Shown here piece after piece: positions 1 to 12,139 of a stretch of 64,000 bases of DNA. This DNA comes from Hyaloraphidium curvatum SAG 235-1 (Eukaryota; Fungi; Monoblepharomycota). Every line of letters begins with the position of its first letter. Within the stretch, counting starts at the first letter, position 1. Under the pieces are notes generated by a model. That model was not told where the DNA came from and did not search any database. It saw nothing but the letters and a program-made list of their open reading frames with translations. The translations under genes were made by a program, and so were the position numbers. The stretch spans positions 62,001-126,000 of the forward strand of contig JAIVFI010000006.1 in the NCBI GenBank assembly GCA_025558095.1. The letters are read 5' to 3'.

Positions 1-785
1 GGTGGCAGATGGGTGCTGCTGCACCGGGTGCTCAAGTTCGGGAACAAGACGTGCGTGTTCGGGTCCTAGACTGGCAGACTGCTGGGTCCGGGCCATCTTC
101 TGCATTTCCTGGTGTATAGGGCATGGATCGCACATAGAGGGGTGGTCGAGGGCTAATTGGAGGGGCAGTCGAAAGCCGCACCGCACATTGGCCGGGCGGG
201 GAAGCCTGAACGGCGAACCAATCCCGCCCTAGACAGCCATCACAGGCAAGAGCTCGGCGAGAGGGAAATGTTAATGATGATTTCCAGATACGTCGGTCAC
301 TAAGCCGCCTCGGTAGCCGATCCCCCCTCAGTTCGGTCACGAGACGGTTCTCGCGACGCCGCAGCAGGAATCGGAGGACCCGAAAGCGCGATCCGTCCCT
401 CCGGTGTACAGTTCGTGCAGCTCCAGCGCCCCGGAAAAACTCGTCCGGCGAGACCGCGTCCTGCCGGCCGTGTGCACGGCCGTGCGGGAGCTGACGGTTC
501 TCCCGCCCGGAGCGGCACGGTGGGGCTGAGCAGCGAGGCTGGTTACCACACATCCGACACCGAACACACGCAAGGTGGGCCTCGTGGGCGGGTGCGGACG
601 CCTGGAGTGTGCTAGGAAGAACCTCCCGAGGCCATGACCGGCTGATCCCGCGGCGGCGGGGGCTGCCGGCCGGCGGGTGGCGTCGTGTGCCCTTTCGCGG
701 CGTGACTCCATCGAACGATGCCTGACCGCCTTTTCCCCCTTTCGCAGGCGTATTGGCGCTTCTTAAAGCGCTTACTGCGCTGCCA

Positions 786-2665
786 ATGATACCCCGTATG
801 CGGCTTCCGCGGCCGGCGGCCCTCGCCGCCGCCGCCACGCTGCTGCTGCTCCTTTCGGCGCCCGCCCGCGCCTTTCCCGGCGCCTCCCCCGCGGCCCCCG
901 CCGATGCCATCGACTCGGACTTTCTGAACTTCCACGCCGGCGACGCCGGCGCCTTCCCCCTGTTCCCCCGCCGCGACCTGGCCGACGAGTTTGCCGAGGC
1001 GGAGCCCGACGCCATCGCCGATGTCCAGGCCGACTTCGACCGCGCAGAGAGGGAGTATTTCCAACTCCGCAGGAGGCAGATCGAGGAGACGTGCACTGGA
1101 AAGAACGGTGCCCGAGTGTGCGGGCCGCAGTGCGGCACCTGCCCCGAGGGGTCGTGCTGCCGGGGCACAGACATGACGTGGGTCGCCGGACGTGCTCGTT
1201 TCCCCGAAAGTCGGCTGACATGTCTTTGCCAGCTGCGGCACGGGTCCCGCCTACTGCGCCAACAAGTGCACGCCGCAGTTCTCGATCGGCACCTGCGCGG
1301 CCGGCTCGGTTCTCAACAAGAACTACGACTGGTGGGAGGCCCACGGGCCCGGCGGTTCCTCCGCCGGCCGCATCTTCAACGCCTCGGACGTGCCGTCCGT
1401 CAACGGACCCAACACGTTCCCCGCCGCGGACCCGCTGCCCGGCGCCACCACTACGGCGGCGCAGACGACCACCAAGGCAGCGACCAGGACCACCACCAAG
1501 GAGGTCATCCGCCCCACCCTTTCCATCGGGGCGCGCTGCACCCCCAGCGCCTCCAATCCCTGGGGCCGCTGCGCGTCGTCGTGCTGCCGGAACGGCCGCT
1601 GCGACTACTGCGAGCGGTGCAGCCGCAACTACCTGACCGACTCGCGGGCGTGCAGGAACTGCATCGCCGCCAACCGCACCGTCCACCCGGACGGGTGCTT
1701 GCTCCTCGGGGACACGTGCACGCTGCCCAAGGGGGCGCCCGGGATCAGCAAGCTGTCCAAGTGCAAGACGGGCTGCTGCAGGAGCGGCAAGTGCACATGG
1801 TGGGCCCCCGCCGGCGATCTCTCCCCGCGTCCTTCAATGCTGACGCCATCCCGCGCACAGGTGCGAGCAGTGCATGTACGGCTGCAAGTGCGGCGCGATG
1901 GGCTACCCCCTCAACCCCAACGGGCGCTGCGTGACCCGCACGAGGACCAAGACCCGCACCCGGACGACCACCCGCACCACCACTCGCCCGCCGCCGCCGC
2001 CCCCGCCCTCGGGAGGCCGCGGCACCGGCATGGTGATCTGGAACTGCGCCGCCCCCGGTACCGTCGCCCTGACCTTTGACGACGGGCCCTGGGTGGACAC
2101 CAATGCCCTGCTGGACATCCTGGACGGTCGCGGCGTCAAGGCCACCTTCTTCATGAACGGCGCCAACATGGGCAACATCAACGACCGCGCCGACGTCGTC
2201 CGCCGCATGCGCAACGGCGGGCACTGCGTCGCCTCGCACGGCTGGGCGCACATCAACATGGCGTCCAACACGTACGATGCCCAGCTCTCGAACCTTGTGC
2301 AGCTCGACACGGCCATGCGCGGCATCATGGGCGCCCGCCCGCGCTTCTTCCGGCCCCCGTACGGCGCCTTCAACGACGACACCCGCCGCGCCGCCGCGTC
2401 CCTGGGCTACGACCTCGCGCTGTGGAACCTCGACACGCGCGACTGGGAGGTCGGCAACGCGGACGTGGCGTTCCAGGCGTACGTGTCGGCCATGGGCGCC
2501 GCCGACGCCGGCTCGCAGGCGTTCCTGGCGCTGCAGCACGACATCCGGCCCGAGACCGTGTACCAGCTGGCGGGGCGCGCGGTCGACTACGTGAGGTCGA
2601 GGGGCTTCCGGCCCGTGGACCTGGGGACGTGCCTGGGGCGGGGCGCGTGGGACTGCTACCAGTGA
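786..2665 (+). CDS. Secreted chitin/polysaccharide deacetylase (CE4/NodB) with N-terminal hevein-like CBM18 and extra Cys-rich modules; 3 exons
   Basis: Signal peptide (LAAAATLLLLLSAPARA). Removing introns 1178-1232 and 1800-1860 (GT..CTGAC..AG) gives CGPQCGTCPEGSCC..TCGTGPAYCANKC (hevein-like). NodB motifs TFDDGP, HGWAH, RPPYG, DTRDW and LQHD are all present. Start may be 798. Confidence 0.92.
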
Positions 2666-2732
2666 TCCGCGGCCGGCAGCCCCTGCGAAGCCGGCCGCGT
2701 AGGAAACGGAAAAAGGAGTGGGTGGGAGAGAG

Positions 2733-2763
2733 GGGAGGAAGGAGGAAGGAGGAAGGAGGAAGG
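2733..2763. repeat. (GGAGGAA)n purine microsatellite
   Basis: About 4 tandem copies of GGAGGAA downstream of the deacetylase stop. Confidence 0.8.
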
Positions 2764-2968
2764 CGGCGGTCGCGCACGGGGCTTCGTCTGGGCTTGCTGC
2801 ATCGCATCGCATTCTCCCCGGCGCGGGGGCGGTATACCAATCCGCATCCTCGCGTCCGCGCCGGCGGATGTACAATATCACGGGGACCGATAAGTTAACT
2901 AGAGTTAATCATACCTGACATTGCCAAAACGGAGGTTCCGTAGCGCACTCGGTTGGGGAACCAGGGGT

Positions 2969-3108
2969 GCGAAAATGCGCAGCCGGTGGGACCCGGCCGG
3001 GACATACCCGTAACCCAGGCATGTAGGGAGACGCCAGCCGGCAGCGCCGACGCCCGTGCCGGATCGAACCGAGGCCGCTCACCGTGCTGCCGCCGAGCCC
3101 GTGCCGCG
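2969..3108 (-). mobile_element. Short SINE-like element, copy 1
   Basis: Reverse complement matches 55060-55183; 2969-3040 vs 55112-55183 is a 72-bp exact match. Contains B-box-like GGTTCGATCC and ends in TTTT. Confidence 0.65.
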
Positions 3109-3312
3109 TGCCGACCGTAATGGATGCTCACCTGGAAGAAGTCCGGAGGGGGGCCGTCAGGGTTAGAGTTGCCGGGGTGGCCGTAGTAGCCGTTGTAGGG
3201 GTGCATGAGGGCAGTGAACGTCAGAAATCGCAGCTGGCAATCAGATCTTGGCGGCACGCGGCAGCAAGGCGACGGCGGCGGCGGTGATGGGGTAGGTGGG
3301 AGACGAAGCTGG

Positions 3313-4110
3313 TCACACAAGTACAAAGAAGCAAATGGTAGGAAAGCCGACGACTACGGCTGTGCCGATCAAGAAGATGGCGCCTCCGGGAATGATGTCG
3401 TTCCCAGTCTCCGCGTCGCAGAGAATCTCGGTGTTGCTGGTGAAGTAGGTCCGCATCTGCGCCGTCATCATCGCGATCATGACGTCTGCGATCGCGCTGC
3501 AGATGACGATGACCGCAAATATCCAACGGGCGCGGCGCCACCAAGGAAGAAAGAAGCTAGGCTTTGCCGATTTGGGCGGGCGCATGAGGTAGTAAACGGT
3601 ACACATTAGGAGGGTTGTTCCCGAGGCGATGATGGCGCCGAACATCCCGCCGACTTGGAGGCGGTACGCGCTCGTGAATCTCTGATCGGCCGTGGCCGGA
3701 TCCCCCGGATAGCTGCGGCTTGCGCTTCAGTGGAGATCGATAGGGGACGCGGAAATCATGCCCACCACTCAATGAAGGTTGCGCGGAGCCAATCCCAATA
3801 GTCATGAGTATATCCCGTCGCGACCGAGAACGGTATCGTAAGCAGAAGCGCATTCTGGACGAGTTTTCAGAGCCGTGCCCCATCGATAAGCAAGTTGGCC
3901 CACCACCAGTGCCATTCCGTTGATCGCCCAGTCCGTGTCCTCGGGTGTGTAATCATGGCCCGAAATGAAGAGCAACAGGGGGCTGGACTTTTTGCGTTCT
4001 TTCCACCAATTTTTGACGTCGCAGCACCCGCTTTGGGTGCCTTTCAACTGGGTCTCGGAACCCTGCTTGGAAGCGGCCTCCCTGAGCGCCTCGGCAAGGT
4101 CTGACAAGAA
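3313..4110 (-). pseudogene. Possible degenerate membrane-protein gene (about 3 hydrophobic segments in 3313-3645)
   Basis: ORF 3313-3645 has TM-like stretches and ORF 3802-4107 looks protein-like. No clean ATG or splice model was found. Confidence 0.25.
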
Positions 4111-4712
4111 ACGCGCGTAGGCGTAGGGATCTTGGGCGGGAATGGGAACAAGTGAGGTGGGCGCTTCTGGGGATGGAAGAGTGTTGAGCGCGAATGCGCG
4201 TCGGGGAAACGGGAGTCCGAACGGAGCAGCGTCGTTCCCGATGTCGCGGTTGAAATCGCCATCGTCAGGGCCCAGTCAAGCAGACCCGTTCCCGCGCCCC
4301 TCGCTGGCGCTGTGACGGGCCCAAGTGTGCGAGAGTCAGTCGCAGACGTGCCGGCCGTGACGTTTGGGCACAGCCCCAAAGCCTAATGGCAGAGACACGA
4401 TCTCAAGCTCTGGCCGAGCCATACGGGTGCCAAACGGAGTTCGAGGTTGCAACTGGTATCATCAGATTGCAACGATTTGAGTAGAGAGCTCTGGCCTCAT
4501 CGTACCGGACAGTGTCCGGCTGACCGCTTTAACAAGGTCTCAACCCGCGGGATCTGGAAGCCAATAGCTAGCCTCGAGGCAACGATGGACGCCGAAACAT
4601 TTCTTTCGAGAAGCGGGAGTTTTGCTCAACGACTGCCGTTGGCAGATGCGCGCGCGTTGTTTCGTCGGGAGGCGAAGGCCACGTCGGCGTCGCTCCGCAC
4701 TCCACCACCAAA

Positions 4713-5672
4713 ATGTCGTGGGGCCTCGGCATCGGCGGCTCCTCCTCCACCTCCGGTGGCAACCCGCTCTCCGCGGAACCCCTCTCCGCCTCGTCCCCCG
4801 CCGGGCGCGACCTCGTCGCGCGCACCGAGACCTTTGTGCGGCGCCTGTTCGAAGGGCAGGACGCGTCCCACGACTTTTCGCACGTCGAACGCGTCCGCCG
4901 CCTGGCGATCCGCATCGGCGAATCGCTGTTGGCCCGCGGGCAGTACGCGAACCTCCTGACGGTCGAGCTGGCGGCGCTGCTGCACGATGTGGCGGACGCG
5001 AAGTACGCGCGGGAGCACGCGGCCAAGCTGGGGGAACTGCTGCCCGGGGCGGACCCGGAGAGGGTGCCGGCGCAGTTCCTGGAGCGCGCGGGGGCGACGC
5101 CGGAGCTGGCGCGGCAGGTGCAGGCGGTGGTGGAGCGCGTTGGGTACAGGAAGGAGATTGCGACCTCGAAGCACGCGGACAAGTACGCGTCGAACGAGCT
5201 GGACTGCGTCAGAGGTGATTTGCAATTTGCTCGGATCTCCGTTCTAGTGGATGTTGGACCAACTGGTGTGCGCCTCAGATGCGGACAAGCTCGATGCCAT
5301 TGGCGCCATAGGTAGGAGGAGCCTGCGAGCCGGCTGGGAGGGAATTGAATTCACCTGCCTAGGGATCGCGCGCTGCTTCGCTTACGGTGGCGCCCACGGC
5401 CGCGCCCTCCACGATTCGGGGACGCCGCGCGCCAAGACCAGGAGCGCGCCGGGCGGTGACGACTGCCTCGCCCACTTCCACGGTGCGTTGCCGATGCCAC
5501 TCCTTGGCGCATGTCGGGTTCCTGATGCTCGTTGTTGCCGATTTCAGACAAGCTGCTCAAGCTGGCGGCGATGATGAAGACGGACGAGGCCAAGAAGATC
5601 GCCAAGGAGCGCCACGATTTCCTGGCGCAGTTCGTCGCCCAATTCGAAAAGGAGCTGAACGGCAAGGCATAG
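4713..5672 (+). CDS. HD-domain metal-dependent phosphohydrolase (YedJ/YpgQ-like); 4 exons
   Basis: Motifs SHDFSHVERV, ALLHDVAD, RDADKLDAIGAIGIARCFAYGG and HFHDKLLKL..MKT..AKERH appear after removing introns 5215-5278, 5312-5362 and 5483-5547. Confidence 0.9.
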
Positions 5673-5884
5673 AGGATTTTCCACGCCACATGCTGTGCTA
5701 TTTTCTCGATCTTTGCTGATGGCCGGTCGCCTGTCGCCGTCCCCAAGTGGGTCCAGGCAGAGGATCTTCCGCCGTCCCCGAACGCCCGAGGGCGCAGCAC
5801 ACACACAGCATCCCTCGACTCCAAATCCCGTCCGCACAGCAACAACAGCGGACGCCGCCGATTCGGACCGCTCTTGCAACTACT

Positions 5885-8800
5885 ATGGCTGCCTCCGAAC
5901 TCGCGGGCAAGATACAGTACGAACTGCGCTGGTGGGTGCGAGCGGTGTCCCCCACCGCGTGGCGCCTGAACTCTATGCCCCTCCCATCCCCGTCGACGCG
6001 AAACGCCGTCGCCTCCCCTCCCTCAGGGTCGACAAGTGAGTTTATCCCCCGCCATTGCGCGGGTCCTTGCGTTGACCAGGCCTTTTCCAGCTACCTCGGC
6101 AACGTCGCCACCTCCGGCAACTGGGAGGGCGAAATCGCGTCGGCGCGGGACCGCCTCGGGCGCGCGCAGGCCGCCTTCGACGAGCTCCGCGCCGTCGGCC
6201 CCGCCGGTCTCGATGGCGACCGGCTGCAGGCCTTCCAGACGTTCCCCGCCAGCGCCGCGGCCGCCGAGGGGCGGATCGCGGCGGCCGAGAAGCAGGCCGT
6301 CGTCGCGCAGCTGGACAGGGATGCGGACAACTGGAGGCGCCGCTTCGAGCGGGCGCAGTATAATGGCAACGATTCGATACAGAGGTTCGCGGACGACTTC
6401 AAGTCCGTCGCCGAGGAGATCATCGACAAGCACGCTTCGGACCCCGCCGCGGCGGCCGCGGCGGCCAAGTTTGGCCAGATCCTGATGGACGCTTACGAGC
6501 TGATGGAGGAGAACGAGCGCAAGGAGAAGGAGGCGGCCGCGGCCAAGCGGGAGGAGGCCCTGAGTCGGGCCGCCGACGAGATTTCGTACTGCGAGGACAC
6601 GATCAAGACGGCCTTCGGGGCGAACGCCTGCACCTTCTCCACCACGGGAACCAACTACACCAGGCAGCCTTGGTTCTCGTGCCGCGATTGGTGGGCCCTC
6701 TGCCCCGCGTCGTTCAGTGATCACCAGCTGATCTTCTGTTGATCAGCCCCTCGGGATTTCAGTTCTGCGCATCGTGCTTCAAGGTCTGCCACGGACCTGG
6801 GGGCCGGTTCGCCGACCACGAGTTCAGCGAGTACAACAACCCCTCCATGAGCGACATGTATTGCGACTGCGGGCACGGGGACAACGGGGGAGTGGGTGAT
6901 CAATGTTCGGTTGCTCCCGAGATCATTGCTGATCCAGGCTTTCACACCAGTGCGACTGCCTCGACGAGTCCCTCGGCGCCGCTGCCAACGGCAACGAGGA
7001 CAACGACGAGCCTGCCGAGGCGGAAGTGGACGGCACCGCGGCCCAGGAGCCCGACGAGCCCGAGCAGGACGACGGCACCGCCGCCGCCGCCGCCTCGGGC
7101 GATTTCGCCACCACCGCCGTCGCCCTCCCCCCCCTCCCCGCCGAACAGCCCGGCCTCGCCCGCGCCAGCCAGCCCACGGCCGCCAAGCCCGCCTGGAAGC
7201 TGGCCGTCCCCTCGGGCGCCGCGCGGCGGACCATGACTGCCCCCCAGATCGAGGCCATCGAGGCGTTCAACAGCGCCGCGCAGTACGCCAACGAAGCCTT
7301 TGCCGAGGCCTCGGACTGCGCTTCGAGGCTGTATAACCGGGACGAGAGCGCCGACTGGCTCAGCGAGCGGATCGAGAACGAGCTCGGCCGGGCCGAGGAC
7401 AGGGTCAAGATCCAGCTCGGGGACCAGATCAAGCGCATGGCCGGCGAGTCCAAGTTCCCGGCCCTGGCGCAGGAATCCGAGGCCGCGGTCAGGTTCCTCC
7501 GCACCTACGCGGTGGCGTGCCGGACGGCGTGGACCGCGGACGCCAAGAAGGCGCTCGGGTACAACAAGGTCTCGAACGAGCTGCGGTGGTACAAGGAGGC
7601 CCTCGAGAGCGCCGACGAGCAGGCCAAGCAGGAGTGGACGGGCGCGACCAACTACTCGGACTGCTTCAGCAAGCTCGAGGATCTGGAGGAGGTGGCGGAC
7701 CGGTACGGCCTGCGCGAGAAGCTCCTCGGCAACGTCCGCTCCGTGCTCGAGAAAAAGAACGCCAAGCACGCGATGGCCAAGTTCAAGGCGATGGTGGCCA
7801 AGATGGCGGAGGAGGAGTGGATCCAGTACCAGCTCCCGTCGATCGTCGACTACATGGAGCGGCGGTGCGCCGGCAGCGCCGAGCTGGCCGAGGCCAAGGC
7901 GATCATGGCCAAGATCAACGGCGAGGAGGAAGCCAAGCGGCAGGAGCAGGAGGCTGCGGAAAGGGACTCCGAGGCGGAGGGACAGAGGCAGTGGGACGAG
8001 ATGGTGCGGCGCCAGAAGGAGGAGCTGCTCGAGGCCTACGGCGACGAGGGTGGAAGCGTGACCGTCGGCAACAAGATCTGGACCTTCGAGGGCTCCAACG
8101 GTGGGATCTGCGCGATATTGAGCGGGCCCCTGGCTGACGTTCGGTCGTCCGCAGGCAACTTTGTCTCGGGCAGCGACAGGTTCAGCTGGAACGGCGTGGA
8201 GCTTGAAGTCGTCGACGCGCCCTCCTTCCCGGACCTCCGCGGCAAGGGCATCTTCACCTCCCTCCCTGACACTGCCGCCCGGATCAAGTGGTGGGTCGTA
8301 CCGTGCTTGCCGCTCACTTGGCCCAAGCATGCTCATTGCTTGATGTGCAGGGAGAGCGGCCGCCGCCTCTTCGGTGCCGACTACGTCGAGCACGACGACG
8401 GCTCCTTCCGCTTCGCCCCCGACCACGAGTACGGCGCGCATATCGGCGACACCAGGTTCGACTGGAACGGGCAGACGCTAAAGGCCAGCGAGACCTACAG
8501 GTGGAAATACTGGGACGCCGTCACCGCCTCGGGCAAGGTGCCGGCGCCGCTGGTCATGTTCGCCGGGCTGCTCGGGTTCCTGGACTGTACGTCTGCTCCT
8601 GCCCCTCTGCAAAGTAGGAAGTGCTGATCGCCCCCCGCCGCCGCAGACCGCAGCAAGATCCTCTCCAAGCAGCACATCTGCCGCTCCGCGCTCTTCTCCG
8701 AGGGCACCCCCGCGCGCGTGTGCTCGGACTGCAAGTCGGACCGGTGCGTCGTGTGCCGCGACTCGATTTCGTTCCTGCGGGACGACCACATCGCCGAGAT

Positions 8801-9004
8801 GGACAAGAGCTGGTTGGTGGCCCGGCCGCGCGCCCTTTCCCGATCGATCGGCCGGTGCTGACTCCGTTCCGTTGCAGCGCGAGCTTCCACGGGAGCAACT
8901 GCGCGCGCTGCGGCGGGTTCGGCGCCAACTACGCCGCGTACTACTGCGACGGGTGCCTGTTCGACCACCGCGGGTACTGCTGCAGGAACACGAGGAAGCT
9001 CTGA
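5885..9004 (+). CDS. Large helical protein with a UBR-box-type zinc finger and a C-terminal PHF5/Rds3-like zinc finger; 8 exons
   Basis: Introns 5932-6026, 6036-6090, 6691-6746, 6892-6950, 8291-8350, 8587-8646 and 8813-8877 give one open frame. UBR-like pattern: CTF..TG..YTRQPWFSCRDC..CASCFKVCH..H..YCDCG. PHF5-like Cys spacing at the C-terminus. Confidence 0.8.
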
Positions 9005-9117
9005 AGACGGCAAGGCAGACGGATGTTTTAACGAGATGGGAATCACCAACATAAACACGCATACACACGCCCAGACAAAGAAAGGCGGATCGTTGGACCC
9101 AGAGCCGGCGGCGGCGC

Positions 9118-9926
9118 CTAGATCCTCGGCTGCACGGGCACCGCTTCCCCCGCTTCCGCGCTCTGCATTCTCGGCTCCTTGCTCTCCTCTCCGCCCTCCT
9201 TGTCCTTTTTCGCGATCGGCCTCGCCGGCGTGCCGACCCACGTCAATCCGGGCTCCGTGATGCTCTTGTGCACCGCAGCGTTCATCCCCAGCCTCGTCCA
9301 GGGGGCGATGGTGAGGTGGTCCGCGACGGCGGCGGAGAGCGAGAGCCAGCACCCCGTGCCGAGCCGACTGCGGGCATGGGGGCTTAGCATCACGACGGGG
9401 AGTGAATGTGGCGGGAGACCAACGTGTAGCCGCCGACGGACGCGTGCCCGTTCATCTGGCAGAAGTCTTCCAAAACAACGTCGTGGCTCACGAGCGAATA
9501 AGGGTTGACGATACAGAAGTTCCCGATGCTCGAGCTGGGCCCGATCCGGGCAAACGGCCCGACGTAGTTGCCCTCGCCAAATGAGCAGTTGGGCGGCCTC
9601 CACGCGGTCTTGTGCACGGCGTTGGGGAACCGCAGCCGCGGGCCGGGCAGCTCCCTGCGCAGCTCCTCGACGAGCAGCTTGCGGGTGGCGGGGGTGCCGT
9701 TGGCGACGAAGCAGTCGATCGTCCGGTCGCCCGCGAAGGCGCGGACCTCCTCGGCCGTGCGCAGGTGCCTGAATCCCTCGAGCGAGCGATGCACCTCGGC
9801 TGCGTCGTCCCACACCGCGGCGTGGCCGTCATCGCGGTCCTGCGCGTAGTCCTCGACGAGGGTTTCCCAGACTATGCCCGCGTGGCCGCCGCCGCACCGG
9901 AGCAGCACGATTCGGTCGGCCGGCAT
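9118..9926 (-). CDS. NeuD/PglD-like sugar acetyltransferase (left-handed beta-helix); 2 exons
   Basis: N-terminal GGGHA, hexapeptide repeats (FGEGNY/VGPFAR/IGPSSS/IGNFCI), N..S.VSHD catalytic-His motif and C-terminal VGTPAR. Intron 9368-9423. Confidence 0.85.
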
Positions 9927-10683
9927 TGTTGGCCGGCGCGCACGGCCACCGTGAAAAGAGGATCGCCGACGTGCCCTGCGGCGGCTCCGGCCCTCCCCGA
10001 TGGGTCCGGTGGGTGCGTCGCTGTGTGGCGTGGAGCAGTCGGGTTGCTCTCGTTGCCTTGTGCGCAGGGATGGTCCAGGCTCGTCCTCGGGCCGGGTGCG
10101 ACGCCGCCGATATAGGCGGGCGGCTCTTCAGCCACCTCCACGAAGACCCTCGCCGAAACCGAGGGATCTCGATGCCGGGTCGAGCGAGATGCGGGTTTCC
10201 ATGGAGAGATCGCTCGCCGTGCACCGATCAGCCATCGGCACGGAACGCGCAGGTGGGAATTAGTCAACCTCCCCTTGGATCCTTCTTTTGCCACACCTTG
10301 GGCGACCACAAGCAATTTGTTGGACTCGGAAGTGGAAAGCGATTTTGCTGATCGGCGGATTGAACACATGATGCCTGAAGGCCTAGCTGTCCGTCCATTG
10401 CTCAAACCTTGCGCCGAGGTCGTGCAGCAACCGCCATGACTGGGGGATCTCCTTTGTCAGACAGAGCCCCGTCAAGCGGCTCGAGAAAAGGGGCAATCGC
10501 TCTGTTATCTGGGAGGGAAGAGAAATCCTGAGAGGGTAGGGAAAGCATAGTGGCGTGTTGCTGCAGAGATTCTCGTGGGGCGCCTCAGATGAGTGACTCG
10601 ATTCAGCCCGTCTCTCTTCGCCCTACAAGAAAGTCGACCGCTGCACCGCCGACTCTCTCGCCGTCCTTGTCACTTTCCCGGCA

Positions 10684-12096
10684 ATGGGAAACTGCCTCCC
10701 CGCCCGCCGCGTCACCGCCGAACGAGACCGCGCCGGCGCCGCGGAACCCGGCCGGCCCCGCGGACCCGCCTCCCCTTCCCCTCCGACCGCCGGAACGCGG
10801 GCGCCCGCGGTCACCATTCACAGCGCCGGCAACCTGGAGCTCGCGCCGATTCGTCCCGGAGGGAACGCGACCCCGTGCTCGCGCTCGGGCGGAGACGCCC
10901 CGGCCGGCCGTCCGAGGCTTCCGCCGGAACTGCTCCTCGCCGTCGGCTCGCACCTCGAACCGGGCTCGACGAACTTGCTGGAGATGATGCTTTCGTCCAA
11001 GGAAACGCGCGGGCTGCTGTTCCCGCATTTCGTGTCGCGCTTACGCCTCCTCCCGTTGAAATCGCGGGGCCAGGCGGTCGAGGTCGCCGAAGCGATGGAG
11101 AGGAACGGGGTGCTCGGTCTTTTCAAGGACTTTGACGGGATTACGTCGGACCAGCCGTAGGAGGAGGAGATCGCGTCGCGCGTGCTCCGCCAGCTGTCCC
11201 CGACCGAGCTCGCGTTCGCGGTGCACTCCCGCGCCGGCGCCGAGGCCTTTGCGGCTTGCGATACGAGATTTCTTCGGAAGCTGTCGCTCTCCATTGGATG
11301 GTCTTTGGATTTGCAAAACGTTCTCGCTTTCCCGCCGCTCCAGTCTCTCGAGAACCTCTGTTTCTCGTGCATCCAGCTTCCCGCTCCGGTTGTTCGGGCC
11401 ATTGACCACGCAACACCCTCTCTAAAGACGGTTTCGTGGACCTTCAGCGACGGCATCCAGGCGAGCGAGCTTCCGTCGAGGCTCGTATCCAGGACGGAAT
11501 CGTGGACGGTCCGCTCCATCGAGGATCTCTACGCTCCCCTCTACCTCGACGGCTTCAGGCCGGCAAACATCAGGTTCCAGATGTCTCGCCATTGGGAGCA
11601 CCATCCTCCGCTTTGGGACCCGATCTGGAACTGCCTTTGCGGGTTCGACTGGCTCAGGGAGCTCGACATCCGCCACGCCATGCCGCCGGCCAAGATTGCC
11701 CTGGACAAACTCCCCGTCACCGTTCGGAAACTGTTGGTCTTGACCGTTTCCGTGGGCGGCCGCTGGGCTCCCGACGAGCTGAGCAGGTTTCGAAGCATGC
11801 TTGCCCAGCACCGCGCCATCACCTTCGCCGCCGAAACGATCGTCTGCTTTGGTGGCAACTCTTGGACTCTCGAGGACTCGAGGGCCCTGCTCCGGGAGTT
11901 CTGCGCCTGGAAGCGGTTCGGAGCTCAGTGGGTGTGGTGCATCAGGGGTCCCCGGACAGGCGTTTTCTATGCGGGGGCCGCAAACGTCCTTACCGTCGCC
12001 GAGCTAGTCAACGAAGCCCTGGCGGCAGATGAGGCGGACCGGCATGCAAGGAGTGAAGACGAGCAGTCAGTGTCCTGCTCGTGTTGGCAGCGCTAG
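10684..12096 (+). CDS. F-box-like protein with N-terminal MGNC acylation motif and degenerate LRR-like C-terminus
   Basis: RLPPELLLAVGSHL resembles an F-box start. ORFs 10684-11160 and 11182-12096 share a frame and are separated by a TAG at 11158-11160, which is either removed by a 51-nt intron (11110-11160) or is a nonsense mutation. Confidence 0.55.
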
Positions 12097-12139
12097 AGAC
12101 TTCGTGTAGCACATCCAATACTGCTCGAAACCGGCGACA

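Noticed and set aside
3040-3108. tRNA gene suggested by GGTTCGATCC
   Set aside because: No acceptor stem or anticodon arm can be formed; treated as a SINE-like head instead.
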